Positions 1 to 10,516 are shown, counted from the first letter of the stretch. The stretch: DNA of 37,447 bases from Verrucomicrobiota bacterium (GCA_039800465.1 JBDLQQ010000386.1:1-37447), one strand, 5' to 3'. Notes: a model not told the origin generated them from the letters alone. Translations and numbers: made by a program.

Positions 1-100
1 CGCCGGGAAGCATTCCATCCGGATCAATGACCAATGGAGACTCTGCTTTCGTTGGGGAGGAACTGACGCAAGCGAGGTGGAGATCCGTGACTACCATTGA
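1..100 (+). CDS. higB: HigB-type (RelE/ParE superfamily) toxin, C-terminal fragment cut by the window edge
   Basis: Frame 2 reads AGKHSIRINDQWRLCFRWGGTDASEVEIRDYH with a stop at 98-100. RINDQWR(I/L)CFRW ... (V/I)DYH is the hallmark C-terminus of HigB 'plasmid maintenance system killer' toxins. A HigA-type antitoxin gene starts 9 nt downstream. Confidence 0.8.
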   Translation, partial: AGKHSIRINDQWRLCFRWGGTDASEVEIRDYH

Positions 101-109
101 CACGGACCC

Positions 110-424
110 ATGACGCCGTACGTTATGGCCATGAAGCCCGTAACACCCGGTGAGATCCTCCTTGAGGACTACCTGATCCCGCTCGGCCTTTCCCAGAATG
201 CCTTGGGCCGCGGCATCGGCGTCTCCCCGAGGGCCATCAATGAGATTGTTCTGGGGAAGCGCTCGATCACCCCCGAGATGTCCCTCAAACTGGGCAAGTT
301 TTTTGGTCAGACCCCAGAATTCTGGTTTCGCATCCAGAGCAATTGCGACTTCCGTGAGTTGCAGAAACGGGAGCCAACCCTGACCGCCAAAGTGCGCCCC
401 TTATCGCTGCAAAAGGCCGCCTAG
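110..424 (+). CDS. higA: HigA-type antitoxin, XRE-family helix-turn-helix
   Basis: 104-aa [71 protein letters not shown] matches the HigA/VapI HTH pattern as I remember it. It lies directly after the higB fragment, in the toxin-first order typical of HigBA. The start may instead be ATG 125 or ATG 131. Confidence 0.9.
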   Translation: MTPYVMAMKPVTPGEILLEDYLIPLGLSQNALGRGIGVSPRAINEIVLGKRSITPEMSLKLGKFFGQTPEFWFRIQSNCDFRELQKREPTLTAKVRPLSLQKAA

Positions 425-540
425 ATGCGGCGTGGTCTCAACGCCATTTCCACGCCGATCGCCCCCCTCTCACCCAAAGTCTCCGATCACGGCCAACTCA
501 GCCCTCGGATTCCCCTCAGCGCACGGCTAGCCTTCGCCAC

Positions 541-3500
541 GTGCGTCCCCTCATCGCGTTCCTCGTCGGCATCGCGGGGCTGATGGCCCACGCCCAGAAC
601 CCCCGCGGCTATTACCGGTTTCCCACCCTCCACAAGGACACCCTTGTATTCACCGCCGAGGGTGACCTCTGGAAGGTCGGGATCCAGGGCGGCGCCGCCC
701 AGCGCCTCACCTCGCACCCGGGAACCGAACAGGACGCTGTCTTCTCCCCAGACGGTCAGACCCTCGCCTTCGTCGCCGAATACGAAGGACCCAACGAGGT
801 CTACACCATGCCGGCGTCAGGTGGACTCCCCACCCGGCACACGTTCGACGGCAGCGAGCCCTCGATCGCCGGATGGACGCCGGACGGTCGGATCCTATAC
901 CGGACCACCCGCCACTCCACCCTACCCAATTCCCAACTGGTCGAGCTGGATCCGAAGACCGGCCAGCAACGCATACTCCCCCTCGCCCAGGCCTCAGAAG
1001 GCGTCTACGGCGGGGATCGTCAGACCCTCTTCTTCACCCGGCTGCCGAAGCAGAACAGCAGCACCAAGCGCTATGAGGGCGGCTGGATCGAGAACCTCTG
1101 GCGGTTCCGCGCCGGGGATCCCGAGGCGACCCCGCTGGCCACCGACTTCAAAGGCACCAGCCGGAATCCCATGTGGTGGGACGGACGCGTGTACTTCATC
1201 AGCGACCGGGACGGCATCATGAACCTCTGGTCGATGAGTCCGACCGGGACCGATCTCCAGCAACTGACCCGTCATGCGGGATACGACATCCAGACCGCCA
1301 CCCTCGAGGGCGGACGTGTTGTCTACGCCCGGGCCGGGGATATCCACCTGTTCGAGATCCGCTCGAAGGCCGACCGGGTCGTGGACATCTCACTGGTCTC
1401 CGACTTCGACCAGACCCGGGAACGCTGGGTGAAGCGTCCGCTCGACTACCTGACCTCGGCCCACCTGTCCCCGACCGGTGACCGGCTGGCCCTCACAGCA
1501 CGCGGCCAGGTGTTCGTCTGCCCGCTGGAACTCGGTCGACTGGTCGAGATCCCGCGCAAGAGCGGGGTCCGTTACCGGGACGTCCGGTTCCTTCCTGGAG
1601 GGACCAACCTCCTGAGCCTCTCCGATGAATCCGCCGAGCTCGAGTTCTGGACGCTGCCGGCGAATGGGGTGGGATCCCCAGCGCAACTGACGACCAACGG
1701 GACCGTGTTCCGTTTCAGCGCGGTGCCCTCACCCGACGGCAAGAGGATCGCGTGGGGCGACAAGGATCAGCGCCTCTGGATCCTCGACCGCACAACCGGG
1801 ACCACCACGCTGGTCGAACAGAACGCGAACGATGAGATCACCGAGTACACCTGGTCCCCCGACAATCGATGGCTGGCCTACGTCTCCACGGCCACGAATG
1901 GCTATCCCCAGATCATCCTGCACCAGGTCGAGACCGCGACCCGGATCGTGGCCACCAGCGACCGGGTGGACAGTGGGAGCCCCGCATGGTCACCCGACGG
2001 CAAGTGGCTGTACTTCCTGACCGATCGACAGCTCCGTTCCCTCGTGGGCAGCCCCTGGGGCCCGAGGCAGCCGGACCCCTTCTTCACCGACACGACCCAG
2101 GTGTTCGCCATCGCCCTGAAGCGCGATGCCGAGTGGCCGTTCCGCAGCCCCACGGAACTGGTCACCGCAAAGCCCTCGAAGGATGAAAAACCGGACGACG
2201 CCAAGGAATCCTCCGGCGAGAAGCGCAAGGACGGCAAACCTCCGGGCGAGGGTTCCGACAAGAAGGAAGAGGCCTTGGTGATCGATGTGGACGGACTCCA
2301 GGCCCGTCTCTACGAGGTGCCCGTCCCCGCGGGCAACTACCGTCAGCTGATCGCCACGAAGAAGCACCTGCTCTGGATCTCCAAGGAGACTGGGTTCGAC
2401 TCGAAGTCACAGCTCAAGCAGCTCGAGATCACGAACAAGGACCCGAAGCCCAAGACCTTCGTCGAGGACGTGACCAGCTACGAGCTCTCCGGCGACGGGA
2501 AGAAGCTGCTGATTCGGAAGGGCGACGCCTTCCACGTGGTCGCAAGCGATTCCGGGGCGCCGGCAAAACTGGACGACCGCTTCCCGCTCGAGGGCTGGAC
2601 CTTCTCCGTCGTGCCCCGCGAGGAATGGCGCCAGATCTACACCGAGTCCTGGCGGATGCTCCGGGACTACTTCTACGACCGTGGGATGCACGGCGTCGAC
2701 TGGCCCGCGCTCCGCGACAAGTACCTGCCGCTGGTGGACCGGGTCAGTGACCGCTCGGAATTGAGCGAGGTGATCGCGGAACTCGCGGCAGAGCTCTCCA
2801 CGCTCCACATCTTCGTCCGCTACGGCGATGAACGGGATGGTCCCGACCAGATCCGTCCTGCGGCGCTGGGTGGACGGTTCACCTTCGACCCCAACGCCAG
2901 CGGCTGGCGGGTCGACTCCATCTACCAGAGCGACCCGGACTATCCCCGAGGCCTCTCCCCATTGCTGCAACCCCAGGTCGACCTCAAGGTGGGCGATGTC
3001 ATCACGTCCGTGAACGGACGTCCCACCACCGCCGGCGTGCCCCTGGAGGCCCTGCTGCGCCAGCAGGCGGGGAAGCAGGTGCTGATGGAGATCCGGCGGA
3101 TGGATACCAACGCGCCGAAATCCATCGTCGTGAAACCGATCAGCACCGAACGGGAGGCGGACCTCCGCTACGACGACTGGGAGTACAGCCGACGACGGAC
3201 CGTGGAGGCCCTGGGCAAGGGCCAGATCGGCTACGTCCACCTGCGGGCGATGGGCACCGACAACATCGCGGAATGGGCCCGGGAGTTCTATCCGGTGTTC
3301 CAGCGGCAGGGCCTGATCATCGACGTCCGCCACAACCGGGGCGGCAACATCGATTCGTGGATCCTGGGCAAGTTGTTGCGGAAGGCCTGGTTCTTCTGGC
3401 AGCCGCGCGTGGGGAACCCGACCTGGAACATGCAGTACGCCTTCCGGGGGCACATGGTGGTCCTCTGCAACGAGCGGACCGCCAGCGATGGCGAGGCGTT

Positions 3501-3831
3501 CTCGGAGGGATTCAAGCGGCTCGGCCTGGGGAAGGTCATCGGAACCCGGACGTGGGGCGGGGAGATCTGGCTCAGCGCCCGCCGCTGGCTCGTGGACAGC
3601 GGCATGGCCACGGCCGCGGAGCTGGGCGTCTATGGTCCGGAGGGCCAGTGGTTGATCGAGGGTCACGGGGTGGATCCGGACATCGTCGTGGACAACCTGC
3701 CGCACGCCACCTTCAACGGTCGGGACGCCCAGCTGGAGGCCGCCGTGAAACATCTGGAGGAACTGATCCGGAAGGATCCCAGATCCATCCCCCCCCGCCC
3801 GGCCTATCCGGAAAAGAAGTTCCCGAAGTGA
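541..3831 (+). CDS. Tricorn protease homolog (S41 family; beta-propeller + PDZ + C-terminal peptidase), secreted
   Basis: 1096-aa ORF with a GTG start. The N-terminus is signal-peptide-like (MRPLIAFLVGIAGLMAHAQ). YYRFPTLHKDTLVFTAEGDLWKV is the typical tricorn-homolog opening. TolB-like repeats follow (FSPDGQTLAF, WSPDNRWLAY, WSPDGKWLYF). A PDZ-like segment is present (LKVGDVITSVNG). The S41 core is visible at the C-terminus (IIDVRHNRGGNID ... CNERTASDGEAF). Confidence 0.9.
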   Translation: MRPLIAFLVGIAGLMAHAQNPRGYYRFPTLHKDTLVFTAEGDLWKVGIQGGAAQRLTSHPGTEQDAVFSPDGQTLAFVAEYEGPNEVYTMPASGGLPTRHTFDGSEPSIAGWTPDGRILYRTTRHSTLPNSQLVELDPKTGQQRILPLAQASEGVYGGDRQTLFFTRLPKQNSSTKRYEGGWIENLWRFRAGDPEATPLATDFKGTSRNPMWWDGRVYFISDRDGIMNLWSMSPTGTDLQQLTRHAGYDIQTATLEGGRVVYARAGDIHLFEIRSKADRVVDISLVSDFDQTRERWVKRPLDYLTSAHLSPTGDRLALTARGQVFVCPLELGRLVEIPRKSGVRYRDVRFLPGGTNLLSLSDESAELEFWTLPANGVGSPAQLTTNGTVFRFSAVPSPDGKRIAWGDKDQRLWILDRTTGTTTLVEQNANDEITEYTWSPDNRWLAYVSTATNGYPQIILHQVETATRIVATSDRVDSGSPAWSPDGKWLYFLTDRQLRSLVGSPWGPRQPDPFFTDTTQVFAIALKRDAEWPFRSPTELVTAKPSKDEKPDDAKESSGEKRKDGKPPGEGSDKKEEALVIDVDGLQARLYEVPVPAGNYRQLIATKKHLLWISKETGFDSKSQLKQLEITNKDPKPKTFVEDVTSYELSGDGKKLLIRKGDAFHVVASDSGAPAKLDDRFPLEGWTFSVVPREEWRQIYTESWRMLRDYFYDRGMHGVDWPALRDKYLPLVDRVSDRSELSEVIAELAAELSTLHIFVRYGDERDGPDQIRPAALGGRFTFDPNASGWRVDSIYQSDPDYPRGLSPLLQPQVDLKVGDVITSVNGRPTTAGVPLEALLRQQAGKQVLMEIRRMDTNAPKSIVVKPISTEREADLRYDDWEYSRRRTVEALGKGQIGYVHLRAMGTDNIAEWAREFYPVFQRQGLIIDVRHNRGGNIDSWILGKLLRKAWFFWQPRVGNPTWNMQYAFRGHMVVLCNERTASDGEAFSEGFKRLGLGKVIGTRTWGGEIWLSARRWLVDSGMATAAELGVYGPEGQWLIEGHGVDPDIVVDNLPHATFNGRDAQLEAAVKHLEELIRKDPRSIPPRPAYPEKKFPK

Positions 3832-3955
3832 TCGATCCACCCTGCTGGCCCCGCCCGGACCAAGGGCGTGGAGCCCCCCCATCTCACCGCTGGGAACCTT
3901 CCGGAGGCTCGCCGGGATGCTTCCAGCGGCATGGAGGTTGAACCACCTCGGGATC

Positions 3956-6900
3956 TCAGGGCTGCCGAGGTGATGTCTTGGGATCGGGTCCCTGGAAGAC
4001 CCCCTTCAACAGTCTGAAGGGCCGGAGCGGCGCCAGGAGGAACGAGGGCACGTGTCTCAGCTCCGCGTCCGGCTGCCCCAGGGTCCCTCCGATCTTGTAC
4101 TCGAACAGCTTCGTGAACGGCGCCAGGACCACGTCCAGGATCGCACCCAGGACCGGGACATCGCGCAGGGGACGGGCCTCCAGCAGGAGGTCCAGATTCC
4201 CGTCGAAGTCGACCCCACCCTTCATGTCGAGACGCATGGCCGAGGAGATCAGCTCCACCTTCTGGAAATCGACGGTGTTGTTGGTGAGGGTGAAGGTCGC
4301 GTTGCCCGCATTGAACTGCGCCTTCCCCATGCCCGGGGCCACCGCATCGAACACCGGTGACAGCAGACCGAAGAGGGGAAGCCCCCAGAGCACGCCATCC
4401 CGGATCTCGGCATCGCCCCGCCCCTTCCAGGGCATGCCCTTCCGGCTCTGCCCCTGCTCCACCAGGACCTGACCGCTCAGCAGGCCTCCCAGCTGGTTCG
4501 TCCGCGTCACCAGGTCCTCCATCAGCAGATCGACCCGGACATCCCTGAACCTCGGGTCCGCCGTGAAGCGGGTGTTCCGCGCCTCGGTGAGGTCGAGCTG
4601 GATGTCCGTCTCCAGCGAACCGCCATAGAAGCCCGAGGTGACGTTGGTGATGGAAAGCCGATCACCCTTCCAGCCGACGGTCGCCACGAGGTTCGTGAAC
4701 TTGAAGTACCACCACTCGAAGGCCGGGGCCCGGGTCTTGAAGACCACATCCGCGTCGGCCTCGTCCGCGGTCGGGATCACCCCGTTGACCTCGACCTCGG
4801 GCGGCACCGGGAAATGGTAGGGCCCCAGCGTGTCCGCCGTCCTCGGGCCGATCACCCGGGCCAGCGACGCCAGGTCCACCCTCGCGGTCGCGTTCGTGAA
4901 CCAGAGGAGGTTGGCCTTCGGATCGAACCGCATCCACGGCGCCAGGATCCGGTTCGTGGATTGGAGCAGATCCGTCCCCGTGAAGAAGACGTTGCCGTTG
5001 GTGTACTGGACCGTGGTCCGCAGTTCCGTCACCGGCTCCAGTCGGTAGACGGCATTGGTGATCGCCACACGGGCCGTGCCCGTGAGGTCCGCCATGCTGT
5101 GGGTGTTGCCCCGGACTTCGGCGAGGATCTCCGGACGGGACCCCAGCCGGATCATGTCGAACTGCCGGGCCAGTCCCGGGGCCCGGATGATGGGTCGGAA
5201 CACCAGGGGATCCAGGGTGCTGGAAACCCGGGCCTCGAAGTCACCCGCGGTCCAGTCGCAGGTCCCATCCACCTCCACCCTGCCGCAGCCCTGCGCGATG
5301 TGGAGGGAATCCAGCCGCAGCCGTTCCCGTCTCCACGACGCCTTCAACCCCACCTCATCCAGGGTCACTCCACTCCAGGAGACGGGTGCAGCCTCGACGC
5401 CACCCTCCAGGGAGATCTCCCGGCGGAGGGGCTCCCTCCACTCCCGCATGGGGACCGTCCACTCCGGCAGCCGCCCACTGGCCGACACCGTGAGCTGGAC
5501 CCGGGAATTCGTCCCGATGTCGTTGCGGGTCCACACCTGCCAGAGGTCGTCGGGAAGCACCGCGGCAAGGCCCCTGAGCTGGGCCTCCGCACGGAGGATC
5601 GCACGGGTCTCCCGCGACCGGGCATCGACCGTGGCCGTGGCCACCACGGTACCCTCCTCGAAACGCGCCTCGAGGTTGGTGAGCGATGCCCGGCCGTCAG
5701 CCCAATCGACGAGGGCCCCCAACGAGTCGAGCCGCGTGCCGGTGGACAGCTTCGGATGGTCGAGTCCCGCCTCGAGACGAAGCCGCCACGGGGCGAGATC
5801 CGTCCAGAATCCCGACAGGGCCGGACCGGTGTTCGTCAATGCCGGAAGGACGCTTCCCCGGAGCATCAGCCCTGCCGCCTCATGACCCTGGACCCGCATG
5901 CCTCCGGACTCCATCGCAAGGTCGAGACCCCGCGGGCTCCAGTCGTTCGTCGCATTCCAGATCCGGGCCAAGACCGAGGCGTTGGTCACCGCACCCCAGG
6001 GCGCCTGGAGATCGTGGAAGCCCAGTTCCACAGTGCTGAAATACCCACCGCTCAGGTCGAGACCAGACCGGGCCATGGCACGGACCCCCTCCCCGGCCGA
6101 CACCTCCGGGAAGCGGTTGGTGGACAGCGTCACGCCCTGGGCGCGGATCCGCCCGATGTTGAACCCGTCCCGTTCGAGCGAACTTCCCGTCAATTGCCAG
6201 TCCAGATGGGAGGGCCGGGCCTCGTTCGCGAGCACTTGGAACCCCATCTGCCAGCCCAGTCCAGCAACCGATCCCATCGAAGTCCGGACGGCATCGGAAT
6301 CCAGACGGAACACCCCACGGAGCGTCGGGGGTTCCTCGGTGTCCGGCGACACACTCAGCCGGAGCCGCAATCCGTCGAAGGTCCCGATGGCATTGGTGGC
6401 ACCCGCCGCCTCCATCCGGAACTCGACGAGGGACCGCTCCAGCCTCTCACCGTCGATGGCAAACGCGAGGTCCAGCTTCGGGGGGGTCCGGAAGCCCGTC
6501 GCCTCCAACTCGTTCAGGATCCGGGCCAAGGGACCGCTCCTCACCGAGAGGACCGGGGTTGCGCCGTCCCGAGGCCGCGGGGACCGGTTGGCGAACAGAT
6601 GGGACGTCGCACGCAGACTCCCCATGGCCTCGAATGTCAGGGTGTGGATCCTCGCGAAGAGCCCGACGAGCCGCCAGGTGTCGAACCCCTCGAACTCGAG
6701 GTCACCCGAGATGTGGTTGAGCTTCAGCAGCGCCGCCGACTCGTCCGCCCCCCCCTCGACCGGGAGAGACACCTCGCCACCGACGAGTCCGAGCGACTCC
6801 ACGATCGGAAGCTCCGGATCCCGCAGCGCGAGGAGGTTGATGCGGAGCTGGATCTTCTGGAAGTAGGCGAACTGGCTGTCGGGGCGGCCCCGGAAATGGA

Positions 6901-7195
6901 CCAGCACGTTCTCGGCGAACAGTCCTTCCCCCCACTCGAGATGGATCCGGCTGTACTCCAGCCTCAGTCCCTGCGCCTCCAACTGGGCCACGAGCGGCTC
7001 CCGGACAAAACCCGGCAGGCCGACCTGATGCAGATGGACGGCCAGATAGAGCAGGATGGCGGCAGGGAGATAGGCCAGTCGGACCCCCCACTTGAACCCC
7101 CTCCAGCACCTCTGCAGGAACCGTCCCCCCCTTTCCTCTGGGACAACCGCCCCGGGATCCGACCCCGGGACCTCCGGTGGCGGGGATGGCTTCAC
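3956..7195 (-). CDS. Large membrane-anchored envelope protein with AsmA-like C-terminal region (AsmA/TamB-like family)
   Basis: 1079-aa ORF. The GTG start overlaps the upstream stop as GTGA (7192-7195). There is one N-terminal TM helix (LAYLPAAILLYLAVHL). The body is long and beta-rich. The C-terminal stretch GDAEIRDGVLWGLPLFGLLSPVF...FNAGNATFTLTNNTVDFQKVELISSAMRLDMKGGVDFDGNLDLLLEARP resembles the AsmA_2-type C-terminus from memory. The family call is unverified. Confidence 0.6.
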   Translation of the reverse strand: MKPSPPPEVPGSDPGAVVPEERGGRFLQRCWRGFKWGVRLAYLPAAILLYLAVHLHQVGLPGFVREPLVAQLEAQGLRLEYSRIHLEWGEGLFAENVLVHFRGRPDSQFAYFQKIQLRINLLALRDPELPIVESLGLVGGEVSLPVEGGADESAALLKLNHISGDLEFEGFDTWRLVGLFARIHTLTFEAMGSLRATSHLFANRSPRPRDGATPVLSVRSGPLARILNELEATGFRTPPKLDLAFAIDGERLERSLVEFRMEAAGATNAIGTFDGLRLRLSVSPDTEEPPTLRGVFRLDSDAVRTSMGSVAGLGWQMGFQVLANEARPSHLDWQLTGSSLERDGFNIGRIRAQGVTLSTNRFPEVSAGEGVRAMARSGLDLSGGYFSTVELGFHDLQAPWGAVTNASVLARIWNATNDWSPRGLDLAMESGGMRVQGHEAAGLMLRGSVLPALTNTGPALSGFWTDLAPWRLRLEAGLDHPKLSTGTRLDSLGALVDWADGRASLTNLEARFEEGTVVATATVDARSRETRAILRAEAQLRGLAAVLPDDLWQVWTRNDIGTNSRVQLTVSASGRLPEWTVPMREWREPLRREISLEGGVEAAPVSWSGVTLDEVGLKASWRRERLRLDSLHIAQGCGRVEVDGTCDWTAGDFEARVSSTLDPLVFRPIIRAPGLARQFDMIRLGSRPEILAEVRGNTHSMADLTGTARVAITNAVYRLEPVTELRTTVQYTNGNVFFTGTDLLQSTNRILAPWMRFDPKANLLWFTNATARVDLASLARVIGPRTADTLGPYHFPVPPEVEVNGVIPTADEADADVVFKTRAPAFEWWYFKFTNLVATVGWKGDRLSITNVTSGFYGGSLETDIQLDLTEARNTRFTADPRFRDVRVDLLMEDLVTRTNQLGGLLSGQVLVEQGQSRKGMPWKGRGDAEIRDGVLWGLPLFGLLSPVFDAVAPGMGKAQFNAGNATFTLTNNTVDFQKVELISSAMRLDMKGGVDFDGNLDLLLEARPLRDVPVLGAILDVVLAPFTKLFEYKIGGTLGQPDAELRHVPSFLLAPLRPFRLLKGVFQGPDPKTSPRQP

Positions 7196-8961
7196 GGGGC
7201 CGAGAGGTCGCGGTACACGTCCTCGTAGAGCGCCAACGGGAACTCGATCAACAAGGGATCCGAATCGGTGTCGAACCGGACGAGGGCGAACATGTTGTTG
7301 GCCGGGTTCTTGCCTCCGAATTGGAACCTCAATGAACCCGGTCCGCTCCCAGGACGGAACTTCAGGTCGACGCTGTGATCCACCTCCTTGAACTTCAGCA
7401 GCCCCAGCTGCTCGTCCTCAGGAGTTCGATAACGGGTCGACTCGACACGACCCAGCCGGAACAGGGTCTCGTTCACCGTCTCGTCCAGGAACGAGGCCGG
7501 TGACCCCGACGACGCGGTCCAGCGTCCATTCGATCCCCGGGTGAGCACCCGCTTCCGTCCCTTCTGCTCGATGGCGATCTCGACGACGTTCGTGGGGTCG
7601 AAGCGCATGAGACGGATCTGGTCCGCCACCTCCGGCAGGCGGAGCAGCTCGCCCAGTCGGGTCGCGTAGATGCTCGGCTCGTCAGCCCGCCGGACGTACA
7701 CCTTGTCGTCGGTTCCCACCTGGGATCCGAAGTCCAGCCGGGCCAGCTCATTGGTGCCAGCGAGGACCACGAAGCCACGCTCGGGGCGCTGGAGTCCGTA
7801 CCGACCGAGGTCGGCCGGGACATCATTCGGGAACTCGACGATGGTCATGCCCCCCAGCTGGCGGAGGAGCTGGTCCATCAACGTCGGATCGGCCGCGAAG
7901 CGCCTGGGCTCGACCACCGTCCAATTGGTGCCCTGACGCTCGACCCGGACCCAGCCGCCGTCCGACCGGAAGCGCACCTCGGAGACCCCCTCGAGACGGG
8001 GCGCGAGGCTCCGGTCCCGGAAATTGGGGAGCGGGAGCCGCAGGAGCATTCCAGCCTGGACGGGGGCCAGGACGACGTTGGTCGTCGCCATGCGGCGGAC
8101 GAGCACATGTTCCGGGGAATTGGTCGGCACGCGGCCGAACTGGAGATGGACCAGGTCGTTCGTGCCCCGGCCGAGGACGAATTCGGACTCCGGTGGCTGG
8201 AAGCCATAGGCGGCGAGGTCGACCAGCGGTGAGTCCGATACGAACGCCGCCACGGGCGTCACCTGGAGCGCGTTGATGAGCGCCTCGATCCGCTCCGAGT
8301 CCGCACGGGCAGCCAACGGCTTCACCAGACGCCAGGACCCGTTCGTGGATTCCCGGACCGCGGTGAAAGCGGTGGGACCCCGGATCTCAAGCCGATCGAA
8401 GGACTGTCCCCGGAGATCGAACAAACTCCGGTCCCGCCAGTGGTCGGGCGTCGGGGGAAGGTTTCCGAGGAAGGCATCATCGCCGGTGAACACCCCATCC
8501 GCCCCGACCTGCTTGAAATAGAACTGGGCTCCCAGGGGTGTCGGGCCGCCGATCTGGTAGAGCAGGGGTGACCCCGAGGCCATCTCCAGCTTGACCGTGA
8601 GCGGCTCGGCGTCGAACCCGAAGGCCTTCAGGCTGTTCGTCCCACCCCCGACCGAGAGCTCGGACGCCGAGATCACCCGACGGGGCTGGAGTTCCGACAA
8701 CGACTTGAGGAAGCCCTCGACCGCGGTCTTCTGGGCGCCGTAGACCACCGGGAGGGACATCCTCCAGCCTGATCCCGCCCGATCCACCCGGACGATCCCG
8801 TTGGAGCGGAGCAGTTCGATGCCCTGCACCTGGGAGGGATCGAAGGTCGTGAACCGGACCGCCACCGCTCCCGGCAACCCCGCCGGACGCTCGGTCAGAT
8901 AGGTGTATCCCCCGAGGGCCAACGCCAGCAGGACCAGAATCCAGGTGGAACGGGTGTTCAT
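7192..8961 (-). CDS. DUF4340 domain protein (partner of GldG-type ABC auxiliary proteins)
   Basis: 589-aa ORF with an N-terminal TM anchor (WILVLLALALGGYTYL) and a repetitive beta-rich body. Its position immediately after a GldG-like gene is the usual DUF4340 context. Confidence 0.75.
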   Translation of the reverse strand: MNTRSTWILVLLALALGGYTYLTERPAGLPGAVAVRFTTFDPSQVQGIELLRSNGIVRVDRAGSGWRMSLPVVYGAQKTAVEGFLKSLSELQPRRVISASELSVGGGTNSLKAFGFDAEPLTVKLEMASGSPLLYQIGGPTPLGAQFYFKQVGADGVFTGDDAFLGNLPPTPDHWRDRSLFDLRGQSFDRLEIRGPTAFTAVRESTNGSWRLVKPLAARADSERIEALINALQVTPVAAFVSDSPLVDLAAYGFQPPESEFVLGRGTNDLVHLQFGRVPTNSPEHVLVRRMATTNVVLAPVQAGMLLRLPLPNFRDRSLAPRLEGVSEVRFRSDGGWVRVERQGTNWTVVEPRRFAADPTLMDQLLRQLGGMTIVEFPNDVPADLGRYGLQRPERGFVVLAGTNELARLDFGSQVGTDDKVYVRRADEPSIYATRLGELLRLPEVADQIRLMRFDPTNVVEIAIEQKGRKRVLTRGSNGRWTASSGSPASFLDETVNETLFRLGRVESTRYRTPEDEQLGLLKFKEVDHSVDLKFRPGSGPGSLRFQFGGKNPANNMFALVRFDTDSDPLLIEFPLALYEDVYRDLSAP

Positions 8962-8973
8962 CGGGCGTGCAGA

Positions 8974-10497
8974 TCAGATCCGTCGTCGGTACCAGATCGC
9001 CAGACCCATGAGCAGGATGGCTCCAGGGAGGCCCGCGATCACGGTCCAGCTCAGGACCTGGCGTTGTCTCGAGGTCAGGACGAGCCGGTACTCCCGGATG
9101 CGACGGGGGCCAATGGCGAGGGACTGGGGACGATCGAGCAGCCAGCCGACCACCATGTTTGCGAAATCCCGGTTGCCGGCCAGTTCGCGGGGCTCATCGA
9201 GCGTCTCGTTGGTCATCATGGTGGAATCGCCGATCGCCACGATGCGGGTTGTTCCGCGTCCAGCGGCGATTCCCGACACCCCGCCCTTTTCGGCCGCCAC
9301 GGCGATGGGGATCTCCTGGTTGCGGACATCGCGTGCCGGGTCGAAGGCGGCGTTCCCATCCTTCACGTTGGAACGGGTCATGCCCGACGCACTCGTCTTG
9401 ACCAGCACGTCGGCCTTCGGCGCATCGGCCGGCATCTGCTGGGCCGGCATCGGGGCGACGACCCGTGGCAGGGGGAAGTAGAGAGCCCCGCCGGACCTCC
9501 GGAGCGGGGAGACGATCGCATGGCCGCCGAAGTTCTGGCTCAGCACGTCCAGCTTCGTGTAGCTGGTGAACTGGTCGTCCCCCGCGTAGGCCGGGGGTGC
9601 CGCGATGCCCCATCGGGCCAGGAGCTCCTCCAGTCCGGTCGACTTCTCGACCGTATAGGGATGGAGCAGCACGAGGAGTCGACCGCCCCGTTGCAGGAAC
9701 GCCTCGATCTTCTGCAGCTCCCCGGGAAGCAGGGGGGCGGTCGGCCCCGCCACCACCAGCAGCTCGCAGTTCTTCGGGATCTGATTCGTCGCCCCCGCCA
9801 GCCGGATCACGTCGACCGTCAGGTTCTTCTGGCCCCGCAGCAGCTCGAGGAAGGCGGCATAGCCCACGCCCTTGTCCTTCCCATCCGGTGGATGCTCCCC
9901 ATGGCCCAGCAGATAGCAGGCATGGGTCTCGCCCGCGTCGACCAGCGCCGCGATGGCCGAGGTGAAATGATACTCCCCCGTGAATCCCACCCGCCGGACA
10001 TCCCGTTCCTCGCCCGACACCAGGGCCCGGAGGTTGCCCGTGTCGTACACCGACAGCTCGCCCGACGTGACGACCCGATGCCGGTTGCCGGACTCGAACA
10101 CGACGAGGTCCTTGGCCCCGGCCCCGAGCTGGAATTGGCCCGCCACCTTGAGCCCCGCCGCCGGGTCCCGGAGGTAGTCGATGGTCTGGACCCGGATCCG
10201 CGGCGAGAGCGCCTCGTAGTCCCGGAGAAGTCCCATCACATGCGGATAGAGATCGCTCGAGGGATCGAACAACACGGTCACCCGGACCTCGTTGGTCTGT
10301 GCCGCCAGCGTCTGGCGCGTCAGGTCCGACAACGGCTCCGACCGCGCCGTCGAGAGATCGACCCGCCACACGCGGCGGCTGACCGACAGGTGGTTCAGGA
10401 GTCCGACCACCACGACCAGGGCCATGACGGCGACGATGACATTCATCGCGGTCCGCATGCGGCGTCCGGGCTCGAAACTGGAACGGTCTGGATTCAC
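8974..10497 (-). CDS. GldG-like ABC-transporter auxiliary protein (ABC_transp_aux family)
   Basis: 507-aa ORF with an N-terminal TM (VIVAVMALVVVVGLL) and a C-terminal TM plus basic tail (VIAGLPGAILLMGLAIWYRRRI). The periplasmic body sits between them. It follows the ABC-2 ATPase and permease genes, as gldA-gldF-gldG-type modules do. Confidence 0.8.
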   Translation of the reverse strand: MNPDRSSFEPGRRMRTAMNVIVAVMALVVVVGLLNHLSVSRRVWRVDLSTARSEPLSDLTRQTLAAQTNEVRVTVLFDPSSDLYPHVMGLLRDYEALSPRIRVQTIDYLRDPAAGLKVAGQFQLGAGAKDLVVFESGNRHRVVTSGELSVYDTGNLRALVSGEERDVRRVGFTGEYHFTSAIAALVDAGETHACYLLGHGEHPPDGKDKGVGYAAFLELLRGQKNLTVDVIRLAGATNQIPKNCELLVVAGPTAPLLPGELQKIEAFLQRGGRLLVLLHPYTVEKSTGLEELLARWGIAAPPAYAGDDQFTSYTKLDVLSQNFGGHAIVSPLRRSGGALYFPLPRVVAPMPAQQMPADAPKADVLVKTSASGMTRSNVKDGNAAFDPARDVRNQEIPIAVAAEKGGVSGIAAGRGTTRIVAIGDSTMMTNETLDEPRELAGNRDFANMVVGWLLDRPQSLAIGPRRIREYRLVLTSRQRQVLSWTVIAGLPGAILLMGLAIWYRRRI

Positions 10498-10516
10498 GTG
10501 GTCATTCCCCGGGCGG

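Noticed and set aside
2160-2285. A Lys/Glu/Asp-rich segment (KPSKDEKPDDAKESSGEKRKDGKPPGEGSDKKEE) inside the tricorn homolog, considered as an inserted element.
   Set aside because: It is in frame, lies between the propeller and PDZ/protease parts, and looks like an ordinary flexible linker. I cannot tell without alignments whether it is unusual for the family.
4814-7228. 804-aa plus-strand ORF opposite the AsmA-like gene.
   Set aside because: It lies entirely antisense to a gene with a coherent TM and beta-rich architecture. Its translation is Arg/Pro/Gly-rich with no motifs. This is the typical shadow ORF of a high-GC genome.
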